DNA of 59,063 nucleotides, the filler included, from Sphacelaria rigidula (Eukaryota): NCBI GenBank assembly GCA_964200075.2. It is 2 parts of 2 records of this genome, joined end to end, with 100 filler letters (N's around TTAATTAATTAA, not from the genome) between each part and the next. Parts side by side here need not be neighbours in the genome. Positions count along the whole stretch, not along the records: positions 1 to 29,501 come from CAXNAA020000079.1; positions 29,602 to 59,063 come from CAXNAA020000080.1. One strand, written 5' to 3'. Of the stretch, positions 26,801 through 38,728 are shown one piece after another. The translations under genes and the position numbers were made by a program. A model generated the notes under the pieces. That model was not told the origin of the DNA, ran no database searches, and saw only the letters and a program-made list of their open reading frames with translations. Position 1 is the first letter of the stretch, and each line of letters begins with the position of its first letter.

Positions 26801-29442
26801 CGAATGTTTCTTGGAACATCGCATGTTTCTTCGAACAGCGTATATCATCGGGATGGATCGCAAAACGTACTCTGGCACACCCAGGGAGATGCGATATCCG
26901 CTGTAGGCTGATATGAGATATTTTGCATGGGCGGAGGTTTCTTGGAACAGCGAATATTTGGTGGAACAATGGATATTTCTTGGTTCAGCGTATATCGATG
27001 GGATTAAACCGAGGAACGTACTCCGACCCCCCTAGGGAGCTACTATATCCGCTGTGAGCTCATGTGGGATATTCAACATGAGCGAATGTTTATTGGAACA
27101 GCGTATATCGTCGGGATGGACCTGCGAAACGTACTCTGGCACAGCCAGGGAGATACGATTTCCGCTGTAGGCTGATATGAGATATTGTGCATGGGCGAAT
27201 ATTGTTTGGAACAGCGGATATTTGTTGGAATAACGGATATTCGTTGGTTCAGCGTATATCAATGGGATGAAACCGAGGAACGTACTCAGACAACCCTAGG
27301 GAGCGACGATATCCGCTGTGTGCTGATTTGGGATATTCTGCATGAGCGAATGCTTCTTGGAACATCGCATGTTTCTTGGAACAGCGTTTATCATCGGGAT
27401 GGACCTGCGGAACGTACTCTGGCATACCCAGGGAGATACGATGTCCGCTGTAGGCTGATATAAGATATATTTTGCATGGGCGAATATTTCTTGGAATGGC
27501 GATTATTTCTTGGAACAACGGATATTCGTTGGTTCAGCGTATATCAATGGGATGAAACCGAGGAACGTACTCCGACACCCCTAGGGAGCTACGATATCCG
27601 CTGTGAGCTGATATGGGATATTCAACATGAGCGAATGTTTTCTGGAACATCGCACGTTTCTTGGAACAGCGTATATCATCGGCTGTGAGCTGATATGGGA
27701 TTTTTGCATAAGTGAAAGTTTCTTGGTACAGCGATTATCAAGGGGATAAAACCGAGAAACGTACTCTGACACACCTAGGAAGCTACAATATCCGGTGTGA
27801 GCTGATATGGGATATTCTGCATGAGCGAGTGTGTCTTCGGACAACGAATGTTCGTCGGAACAGCGAATATCAAGGAGACGGAACTGAGAAACGTACTCCG
27901 ACACACCTAGGGTGGTAAATATCCGTCGTGAGCTGATATGAGATATTTTGTAAAAGCGAATGTTCCTCCGAACAACGACTATTTCTTGATACAGCGATTA
28001 TCAAGTGGATAAAACCGAGAAACGTACTCTGACACACCTAGGGAGCTACAATATCCGCCGTGAGCTGATATGAGATATTTTGCATGAGCGAATGTTTCTT
28101 GGGACAGCGAATGTTTTTTGACCAGCGATTATCACGGGGATAAAATCGAGAAACGTGCTCTGCCACACGTAGGGAGGTACAATATCCACTGTGAGCTGAT
28201 ATGGGATATTCTGCATGGGTGAATGTTTCTCGGAACAACGAATGTTCGTCGGAACAGCAAATATCATCAGGGTGAAGCCGCAAAACGTACTCTGGCACAT
28301 CCAGGGAGGTACGATATCCGCTGTGGGCTGATATGATATATTCTGCAAAAGCGAATGGTTCTTGGAACCGCGCATGTTTCTTGGAACAGCGAATATCATC
28401 GGGATGAAGCCGCCAAACGTACTCTAACACACCCAGGGAGGTACAATATCCCCTGTGAGCTGAAATGAATTATTTTGCGAAAGCGAATATCTTGGGGAAC
28501 AGCAAATGTGAAGTGTAGTAAGCCGTCGAAAGTACTCTCACACATCCAGGGAGGAACAATACCCGTTGTGAGCTGAAATGGGATATCCGGCAGAAGCGAA
28601 CATTTGTTGGAACGGCGAATCTGTTTCGAACAGCGAATATAATGGGGACAAAGTCGTCGAACGAACTTTGACACACCCGGTAGGTACAGTATCCGCTGTG
28701 AGCTGAAATGGGACATTATGCAGAAGCGAATAGTTTTTGAAAAAACGACTATTTCTTGGAACATCAAAGAATTATGAAGGGTAGAGAGCCGCCAAACGAT
28801 CTCTGACACACCCGAGGACGTGTAATATCCGCTGTGAGCTGAGATGTGATATCTTGCAAAAGCGGATATTTCTTGGAATAGCGAATATTCCTTGAAACAT
28901 CAAATATCGAGGGTATGAAGCCGCCGAATGAACTCTAATGCTCCCAGGAACGTACGATAACCGCTGAGAGCTGAAATGGGATATTTTGCAGAAGCGAATA
29001 TTTCTTGGAATAGCGAAAATCAGTGGGAAAAAGATGGAAAACATACTCCAACACACCCAGGTAGGTTCAATATCCGCTGTGAGCTGAAACTAGATATTTT
29101 GCAGAAGTGAATATTGCTGGGAATAGCGAATGTCAAGGGGATTGAGCCGCCCAACGATCTCTAACACACTTAGGGAGGTACAGTACCCGCTGTAAGCTAA
29201 AATGGGATATTATGCGGAAGCGATTATTGCTGGGAACAGCGAATATCATCGGGATGAAGCCGCCAAACGTACTCTAACACACCCAGGGAGGCACAATATC
29301 CGCCGTGAGCTGAGATGGGATATTTTGCAGATGCGAATATTTCTTGGAACAGCGAAAACAGTTCCGAACAGCGATTATCATGGGGACAAAGTCTTCGAAC
29401 GTACTCTAACACACCCAGGGAGGTACAATATCCGCTGTAAGC
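8832..29442 (+). repeat. 20.6-kb tandem satellite array (roughly 145-150 monomers of 113/132/151 bp; 283-bp dimer in the core)
   Basis: Monomer starts: 8967 to 9080 (113), 9080 to 9212 (132), 14551 to 14683 (132), 14683 to 14834 (151), 20665 to 20816 (151), 29157 to 29270 (113), 29270 to 29402 (132). The ORF track repeats at a 283-bp period (14519/14802; 15368/15651/15934). One orientation throughout, with non-satellite sequence at both ends. Confidence 0.98.
14461..14518. repeat. Interstitial head-to-head telomeric repeat TAGGG(TTAGGG)4TTA-(CCCTAA)4CC
   Basis: Read directly from the sequence; embedded inside one satellite monomer. Confidence 0.98.
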
Positions 29443-29501
29443 AGCCGATCATCTGAGTTGAGGATGGTGCTTTTCATTGAGGATGAGAACCCGGAGGATT
29501 G

Positions 29502-29601
29502 NNNNNNNNNNNNNNNNNNNNNNNNNNNNNNNNNNNNNNNNNNNNTTAATTAATTAANNNNNNNNNNNNNNNNNNNNNNNNNNNNNNNNNNNNNNNNNNN
29601 N
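29502..29601. other. Assembly gap: 44 N + TTAATTAATTAA linker + 44 N
   Basis: A 100-bp artificial spacer with an all-frame stop linker; contiguity across it is not guaranteed. Confidence 0.97.
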
Positions 29602-31134
29602 TGAGCTGCATCCTGCTAAGATTGTTCGGCCCGAAGCCTACTGATTATCTTGCATTGGATGACAGCCTACAATGAGTTGCTTTATTCTGTATCGCCACTT
29701 CCAGAGACGGCCACGGCTTATACACTGCCTCATGAGTGTATAGCGACGGGATTTATGCAGTGATGCCGGCGGCGAAATCTGTCCAAGTTTGCGTGAGGGT
29801 GTGCGAAGGAAGGAGCCAGTGGACCGTGGACAGGGCATATGTCCATCTACGGCCGAGTGATTTCGGTTGCTGGAGAAAAGCAGCAGCGTCCCAGACATAA
29901 CCGCGAGACGTGTGTCGGCCAAAATAGCATTGTAGGCCTCACGAACAGACTCCGCGAACCACTGTGGGGGGCGGCAGTAGATGTGTTCATGCCGGCGGTT
30001 TGGTGTCTGAAACAGCTTTGTAATCTTCGCGCCGGCGCGCCGGTGTGCGAAGGGAGTAGATATCTGCCACCCGCAAGACCAGTCTTTTCGAGTTTTTGTC
30101 CCGGTTGTGCATGAATGACGATAATGAATATATACTTGGGATATTTTGAAGGGGTGACACGAGCTTGGCCAGCCTAGAAACGGACTTACGCCCTCAAAGC
30201 AATATCTCATCGACACAGACGAGTTGGGTCGTGATCCGCATATCGTATCAATCGTCCAATCATGGGAAAGGTGCCCATCTGCTCAAAAGGTTGGGCTCAT
30301 ATTTTTTCGTTATAAAATGTCATGTCTAGTAATTCCTATACCATACGGAGATAGCGTCCTTACTAAAATCTATACAAACCCGAACGATGCATTCAGCGGA
30401 TGACGACGATTTATGGTGTGGACACTCCCTGGAGCACGGGGAGTCGATAAATACACTTACCTTCACCTCATTCGTCAGATACGGCGCACATAAATTTCCA
30501 TTCTGAAATCAATGTATTATGAGCAGAGGCACTAGATGCCTTACATCTGGACATCGCGTCTCAATTTTTCAGAGTTGTAGTACGAAATTTCATTTTTTTT
30601 CGCTTCTTATCGTTTTTTCGTATCTTTAGGGGAGTTTTGAGGAGAAATGAACATTGCTCTCGGACCTCATCTCAATTTTTGAGCTCAATTGTTAGAATTT
30701 TGATTTGAAACTTAGTATGGACGATCACAGAGGTATGCTGAACAAAAAAAATGGGCCTTCAATTTTCTTTTTTTTTGGAGATTCGGGCGTTTTTGTGAAA
30801 AAATGGTATTTACCAAACTATAAGTCCTTAAACCAGTGAAAAACGAATAAAAACCAACCTCACCCACTTTGTTTTGTTAATTATGCCCTAGCGAGAGCCC
30901 ACACAAAGTTTCAATACACAAGCACCAAACGTGGGCCGGGAAGTGGCCTGCAAAATACTGTTCCGAAATTCTACCGTCCCGGTTACTATCATAAACGGCC
31001 CATTCGCTGGTCAATCTTCAGAGGTGGACCCAAAATTTTGGTAGGGACGATGAATAGAGCATATAAAATAAAATGAAAACTCTGCACACAGAGTTTTTTT
31101 TTTCCATGAGCATACATTTCTTTTTCACCCCTAA

Positions 31135-31604
31135 GGCTACTTCTTATGTATCGAAAAGTGAAAGTTGTTGAAAAGTGCTTTTTTGGCCCTTCTCCGTCGT
31201 TTTTGTCCCCCCAAAAGGGCTAGGCGGATGTGGACACCTTGGAATGACTTGCTCTACTCGCTGAGACCGTTCCAGAGCACCTTTGCGTTTTCTGTAGGTC
31301 ACAGTTTCGTTCTTGGCCGAAAATACATTTTCAATAACAAACGGTCAAGTTATCGAAAAACAGTGGGAGAACTGCCATTTTTTTAATAACTCGACCGTTT
31401 GTTATTGAAAATGCATTTTCGGCCAAGAACGAAACTGTGACCTACAGAAAACGCAAAGGTGCTCTGGAACGGTCTCAGCGAGTAGAGCAAGTCATTCCAA
31501 GGTGTCCACATCCGCCTAGCTCTCTTTTGGGGACAAGAACGACGTAGAAGGGCCAAAAAAGCACTTTTCAAAAACTTTTACTTTTCGATACATGAGAAGT
31601 AGCT
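31135..31604. mobile_element. Foldback MITE (about 220-bp inverted arms, short spacer), PIF/Harbinger/Tourist-like
   Basis: Arms are near-identical reverse complements, giving mirror ORFs 31165+ and 31571-. Starts TAA|GGCTAC and ends GTAGCT. A related copy at 58313 is also preceded by TAA. Confidence 0.85.
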
Positions 31605-31744
31605 GAAGTCCGGGAAAAAAATGAGAATCTGAAGCTGCTCACGTGATGTATCATATTTCCTTGGGTGCAGAAGGTCTTCCTGAAATTTCAAGAGTCGTCG
31701 AATTGGGCCGTGCGTGCAACATTTTGCGTGACGCTGCTGTATGT

Positions 31745-31905
31745 ATCCGTATAATTCAAGTGATGGGAGACTCCAATTAATTATGGAGGTCACAAGTTCG
31801 AATCCCGACAGATTCTCTTCTTTTTTTCGTCCGTCGTTGAGGTTATAAATAAATTTAATTAATTAATTAATTAATTGGATGGATGGATGGATGGATGGAT
31901 GGTTG
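31745..31905 (+). mobile_element. Possible degenerate tRNA-derived SINE with simple-repeat tail
   Basis: B-box-like AGTTCGAATCC at about 31795, weak A-box-like TATAATTCAAGTG upstream, followed by (TTAA)n and (GGAT)n tracts. Confidence 0.35.
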
Positions 31906-32224
31906 GTCATTTGGGGATGGTTGGTCATTTGATTTATTTTTTTGAGCAAGGGAAAGACAATAATTTATTTTTTTGAGCAAGGGAAAGACAATATATGATG
32001 CAGTACATTTTTTTCATTTTTTTCTCATGCAGCGGCGGTGCCGTGTATTACCAGGCTGGTCTGCAATTCACAGTGATATGCTTACATCAGGTTCATTCGG
32101 GAAACTGGGGAAGCTGTGGTGTGAGCAACTTTCAGCAGCTTTTAAGCTGGCCCGGCTCGTAGCCGAATGAATGACCGCGTGTGTCGAGTAAGACAATATG
32201 CGCACACACCCGGCCATTCGGCTA

Positions 32225-33869
32225 CAGAAGGTGGTCCTGTATAGTGCGGGTTATGTAATGCGCTTGCCCGGTTTAATGCGGCTGAAATCGCTTGTCACAG
32301 ACGGAACCCGGTTTAGTGCGGGTGCCTCACTACAAGGGGCACCGTCCAGCTTAGTGCGTATTTGGACCATTGTGAGACCTACATAGTGCGGGTCTCCGGC
32401 TGCAAAGGCTGTAAAACACGCATAGTTCACACGTTTCCCCCGTACACTTGAGGTTTTGTTCTTCATTCAGCGGGGTACAGTACGAGGGTATGGTGCGGGC
32501 AACAACCGGCGGCGGTTTACTGCATACACACCCATGGACAGTGTAGGCAGACATAGCTGCGCACACTGTTCAAGTCCTTTTCACGTCGCACTGTGAGCAG
32601 AAAACATACATATACTGTAGTCCTGCGCTGTCTGTACTGTACTTTGTCCGCTTCCCTTTCACGCCCTACTGACTACAGCGGTGTGCACGCTGCAAGAACG
32701 GGCGTCGTGTATACTCAGTAGCTGACGGTATAGAACACCCCCATGCACCCAAAGTTGCAGGCATCCACTTTGTTTAGCCACACGTGGCGCATATGCCCCA
32801 CTAACTCTGCAGTATATTGCACAGCACGTATATAAGCACGATATGGTACTGTCCTACACGGTATTGTACTGTTCAGTACAGTATCAAACCATGCTTATTG
32901 TTGTGATGGTTATATCGCCATCAACGTACAGGATAAACCGCGATCATAATTTTTCGCGTGTTCACCCGAAAAAGTGCTTCACTTTGGTGTTCGAATGGCG
33001 AAAACAGGACTACAGGGTTTTCAAGCTTGTATGTGTTTAAATATATAAGGTTCATACAGTACGTGCACGACGACCATAAGCTAAAGCTACACAGCATGGC
33101 TGTGTGTATACACATTCGCAATCGGTGTATGGGATTTGAAACCAGTCGAGGCTGATGAAGACTTCGATCCGCTTGCCCAAGATATGAAATGGGGGGCAAG
33201 AGGGTGAGTTCTCAACGACTTCTGCTGTCTCTCGACTCTCATCCACCGATACCGTGCCGTATGTGGGACTTGAATAATAGCAGCAAAAAAAGCTGCTCGT
33301 AAATAAGAATATTTTTTTGCCCATTTCAAGGTATTGGTGGGCAAAATGATTATTTATTTCGAACAGTTTCTGGTGTATAAATTTCATTTGCGAGTGTATA
33401 TGGAATTTGCACAGCCTCCGCTGTTCGAAATAAATCCTTTTGGCCTGATTCCAATAATTTGGAATCAGGACTTATTTCGAACAGATTTGAAAATTCCCGT
33501 TTTCCATAGCACTTGTGCCTCCAAAAACAATCCAGGGAATTTTAATATTGACACAAACTTTCGAGGGCCCCAACATTGAAAATCCTCTAGAGGATTACCT
33601 CGTACGAATACCCAAGATCCTCTAGGGGGGATTTTAAAACGGACGAAACCGAGGATAACGTTTGAAAATTCCTTTACGAGGTAGCCGAATGGCCGCGTGT
33701 GATTGTCAAAAGCGTACATAGTGCGGGACCCGCACTATTGAGGTAATATGTTCACATTATTAGTGCGGGATGCGCACAATAAAGGACAAAAAACATATTG
33801 TGCGGGTGCCCGGTTTAGTGCGTGTGAAATCGCCTGTCCTATACCCGCACTATACAGGGCCACCTACTG
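32225..33869. mobile_element. 1645-bp non-autonomous Tc1/mariner (pogo-like) DNA transposon
   Basis: TIR CAGAAGGTGGTCCTGTATAGTGCGGG matches the right-end reverse complement CAGTAGGTGGCCCTGTATAGTGCGGG at 24/26. TA flanks both sides (32223-24, 33870-71). Subterminal TAGTGCG(GG) motifs occur at both ends. No transposase ORF was recognised. Confidence 0.85.
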
Positions 33870-36800
33870 TACTTCCCGCGGTCAGATCAGTAAGCCGAAA
33901 ATTATATTCAAGCTGTATGTTTTTTCAGATTTAGGGTGTACGCCTTCGAAGCTGGAGGATTAGGCAGATGCCATGGGCTGCGTGTGGATGGTCAGCAATA
34001 GGATGTCGGGTGTGAGCAGGAAGGGTGTTGCCTGCGCGCGCGATCAACCCGTCAAGAGATTGAATTGTAAAAGCAAGTGTATTTGGGTGGAGCATCCCAG
34101 GACAAAAAGAGAAAGGGGGAATTTTCGTCTGTGGCCGTTGTGATTTCCTCGAACAGCCCATCAGCATGTCCAACTGTGCAGTAATGCACGGTACTGTCTG
34201 GCATTCACGCAGTACGAACATCCTACCCTGTGCTGTCCTCTGCTGATACTGTCTCGCGGTGTATGCAGTGAGAGCACACATCTGCTCCACGCTCAGTTAC
34301 CTCAGTCCACAATGTCAGTAAGTTTGTGTGTGTGGCATGTAGACTATAATAGTACCTTTCAGACATTACGACGGTCGTCGCGCCGGTACTGTACTGTCGA
34401 GGGGACACATACGAGTCAGATATGTGAATATGCTACGCCGACTTGAGGCTGAGTCTTGGAGTGATCGAACGAGTGAGGAAGGCCAAGGGCGGCGAACCTC
34501 CTATGCAGCCCATAAGGCGATTTTGGTACGAGGCAAGTTGTTCGATTTATTGAAAGAGTTGATGCCATGAGCACAATCGGACGCGGGTGCCGCCCCTACT
34601 ATTAATACGTGTATACTGCAGACAACACGATGTAGTGTAGGATACTAGCAGTATACAGTACACATTTAACTATGCAACGGAGGATATCACCCCCTCCAAC
34701 CGCGGGCGAGCCGCCGCCGTCGCCCCCCTCCAACCAGAAGAGGACATGAGGCGCGGGCATTCTGCATGTAAAAATAGCGAACAATGATAATCTCACGGCC
34801 AAGTCCCAACCTTGAGAAACGAAGAAGCAATGTATCGTCTCGACTGCAGCACGTTCTACATCGTCATGTAGGTGCAGTCATGTTGAATGCAGTCATGTTT
34901 ATCGAGTTGTTCTCCAAGTGATCGTACGCGCATATGTGCAGAGCAAACTTCAGATATGAGTAACCAAACTCAAAAACATAATCTATCTTCCTCACCTTCT
35001 CGGCGAGTAGAGTTCTGTGCCGAGGGGGGTCGTTGGTTGCCAGCCTGGTTACATGTCCTCGTGCTGCAACCTGTGATGCAGTACATTTACTTCCTTTTTT
35101 TTCCTTGCACACTCTGAGGTGATCCTGCCTGCTCTGGTCCGCCGTCAGAAAGATACGCAACCGCTCTCACCGCCATCCGCCCCCGTGTGGGTTGTTTAGT
35201 TTGCGGTGACAGCCCCACTGAAGTGCTAGTGAAGAATGGCGTCTCCCGAGGTATCGGCCGAATATTTGAAGCGATCGAACTTCAAGACGCTGATGGAGTG
35301 GCTAACCGCACGGTGAGATATCGATCCCCACGCCAACAACCATTTGCGCCCGAACCGTACATTTGTATCGCGTATGCTGTACTCGCACTATGGCAAGAAA
35401 TAATGCGACGAAAACATGAGAGCACAGTAGTAATCAAGACATCTCCTCACCTATCCCACCGAAGATCCCAGAAAACATGTCCTCATACACTCAAACCAAG
35501 GTAAAGGGGGTGTTATGGCACGTAAGACGTGCAGAACGCATTTACTGTACGTGGAGGCGTAACTGAATCTTTGTGCGCCAAAAACGTGTGTAGCGCAGTG
35601 CGCATCAAGTGCAGTCTTACAGCAACATATTCTGTTTCTCATGTACCTGCCCCCCACATAACGCGCCCCCGTGTTGTCGTTGTGCTTTTAGTTTCGGGTA
35701 GCCGCCATTGTAACGACAAATCGAAGTGAAGTTTCACTTATACTACTGTAGGCCGCGTAGCTTCAACTTTTGGTTCAACTTTGTTTGGTTCAACTTTCAA
35801 GTTGAACCCGCACCTCCACCTGACTATATAACTCTCGCCGCAAACGGCATCCGACTTTCATCGCAAATCTCGAACAGTTTTGAATCTTCAACTCTTATGG
35901 TATAAGTTACGAGTTCCGCGCTTCGGGGTGAAGGTTCTTCGAATGAAGGTTCTTCGAATGAAGGTCCTTCGAAATGAATGTTGAGGTTACATGTTGAATT
36001 TGAGGGGCACTGAATGCCACAGATGGACACTGGTTAAGCGACTGCGATATCGCCAGAAGCAGCCGCTCTGAGTGAACAATGTGAATGGTCAAGGGGGGAT
36101 ATGGGACAACGGGATACACGATGCATTGTTATTCAAGGTGATGCTCCAAAGCAGAATGGAGCAGGTCACCGACAACGTGGAGTTGCTGCCGTTGTACCTC
36201 CGCCATCGACATATGTTCCAAAAGAGATTCAGCGCCCCGCGGATTGACTGTAATCCGAGCTTTAACTCGACCCTCGGACTTTTCCAAGCCGGGGCAGCCT
36301 CAGAGCGAACTTAACTCTGAGGAAGCAAGCGTCGCGTCGGAACAGTATCACAGGCTGACAGTCCAGGACACCCCGGAGTTTCCAGGGGACGGGGGGGTGG
36401 TATTTGACAGAGGGGTGGGGGTCTGTTCGCCAAACAGCCGACGAGCTCATCAAGTCAACAACGTCTTTGGACGTTTCCCACGAAAAAGTACGAGCCAGGA
36501 ACGAGGCCCGGAAGGAGCAAAGTGATCATTTTGACCAATCACGACTATCAAAATGGCCACTTTATTCTCCTACATGGGGGCTACTGTTGGACTGGTTCGC
36601 TGCCTAGCCGTATTCCTCATTTTGATCATGGCAATTCAACCATAGCAGCTACCGGGATGAGCTAATAACGCAAATTGACAATACGATGTGTCAGGTAGAT
36701 TGATGTTTTCCTGCACCCTTTCTATGGGGTATGGGGTGGTCTCCAAGTGACTCAGAAACTCAGAAACCCCACCGCATTCTGTTGGTCACTACATTATATC

Positions 36801-38297
36801 ACCGTAATTCGGTTTTTCCAGCGCACGATCATCTCTCACCAGCTTTTGAAACCAGTGCACATCCTCGCTCCGAGAACAGTAACACACTCTTATCACGTCA
36901 ATCACTTCAGTTGTACAGGTCTGACTATACGTCTAGCGGCTGAATTGCTTGCATTGAAAATACCCTCGACCCCTCCCCGAATTTCGCAATGCATTCAAAA
37001 CTGAGGAATTGTCCGGTCTTCAGCCGTGGACCACCCGTTGGTTGAATGAAGGCTTTAATTTAAACGGTAAAAGGGCACTTGCAGGTTCGACTTCGGACTG
37101 GAAGGTTTACTTTGAGAGTTGCACCATCAACTGAAGTTTCGATTTTAAAGCTGTAAATAAGGTTTATAACTGCACCGGCGACTTTCAACTTGAACTTTTC
37201 GTTAAATTTACCTATTTGACAACTGCAGCGGAAATCACCGCATATGTGGGAGATATCTCTTTTCAGTGACATATCAGAGACTGATGTCACACATGTATAC
37301 AGACCCAGCGCAGGCAGGGACAAGGTAGGAACGTTCCGGGAGGACCAGATCACTGAGGACCCTGTAATGCCGACGTAACTAGACAACTTGGGGTGGTGCC
37401 AGGGAGAGCCTAATATAGGACGGCCCAACATTCCCCAAGGTCTGGGTCGCCCCTGGCACCCACTTCTCGTCTGACCCCACTTCTTGCCTACATATACAAG
37501 AGGAAGTCATCGCCAGCCTCAGAGTTCCTTGGGCATCAAAACGGCAGTCTCCCCCCGTAGGTCTCTGACTACTCTAGCGATACGCCTTCCTTACACATAG
37601 GGATGTATGGTTTTCTATTATGTTGTATTGCGCAGATGCGAACCAATCGCATCGACGGACGTCATACCGACCGAGGTGGAGCGACCAAAAAGAAGTGTGA
37701 TTGGATGGAAACGCGCATGAGAAAAGCGTCTAAAACCTCGATGCCACTGCTTCTGCCCGCACGCTAGTGTACGGTCGTTTGTAATCCGGGTGCTAGCTTA
37801 GTACGGGTTTTAGGTGAAATACTTGATTTTGGTGCGATAGACGAGCTTGATATCCCTGGGTCAACTGGGACCCCTTCGGAGAAGGCAAGTGAGGGTCAGT
37901 CAAAACACGAACAGAGACAGGCACACCAGCCGAAGTAAGGGCTAGGCAAGCACGCGAAAGTGCAATTGACGCAGAAATACCTTCGTCTAGTGCCCCCTTC
38001 TACCCCGAGCAGGGCGGTGGTGATCGCGTTTACATGAGCGTTCAACCTTCAACCTGAAGTTGGGACAATGGCACACCTTGCCGTTGTTGCAATGTGCGCT
38101 GCACCAAAGTTTTGCATACGCTAAGGTACGCGCGATGCAACCATTATGCAGCTTCGTCTCAGACGGTGACCAAAGTGTCCTTGCATTTGAGAACACAACC
38201 GGGGCTCGCTCGGGTGCAAAAACACAGCCCCCCCCGTTATCTGAAGGTGCTTTGGTCGATCTGTTTCGATAACTGGCCTGCGTAAATACAATTATAG

Positions 38298-38728
38298 AAG
38301 AACCAGAAAGTTGTGTGGGAATAGCACCGATTGAAGCTTCTCGTCTATTTCCCTTCATATCACTGGCAACAGTCGAAGCCATCGTCCGGACGAAGCATCC
38401 GGAGGGAAACGGTGTGTTAGTGGCAAATCCCGAACTGTTGCGCCATTCATACGGTGTGGTACTGTGTGGTGGTGTTGATTGTTCTTGTTTCAAAGCTGTA
38501 CTGCGGGTCATCCTTGCCCGCAATGATTCCGTCATTGGCATCCGTACAACTCGGCTATTGCTCTCGCCTCGTGCTTCCGGTGGATACTTGATGGCGCCCG
38601 CCAGGTGTATATTGCACCGTCCGGAGGACCCCGTGGCATTCTGCCGGGATCTGCTGAACGTCAATATCGACGCGAGGGGGGGAATAGCGGTGCCGTACGA
38701 TCCTTCATGCGCTCCGCGATTGCTCAAG
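38298..38728 (+). CDS. Candidate upstream exon(s), possibly of the GAF gene
   Basis: Open frame of about 143 codons after TATAG, ending CTCAAG|GT in phase 0, compatible with the exon at 39697. No recognisable domain; it may contain an internal intron. Confidence 0.3.

Noticed and set aside
8832-29442. Well over a hundred ORFs with repeating peptides (e.g. MIYAEPTNIRCSTKYSLFQE...) suggesting a repeat-protein gene family
   Set aside because: Unit lengths 113, 151 and 283 are not multiples of three, ORFs occur in all frames on both strands, and stops recur every unit. They are by-products of a non-coding satellite.
8832-29442. CRISPR-like array
   Set aside because: No unique spacers, as the whole unit is repeated; no cas genes; eukaryotic context.
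29546-29557. TTAATTAATTAA palindrome inside the N-run
   Set aside because: Symmetric 44N-12-44N layout identifies an artificial scaffolding linker.
30540-31134. AT-rich stretch resembling a DNA-transposon terminal region
   Set aside because: No matching TIR partner or TSD was found in the window.
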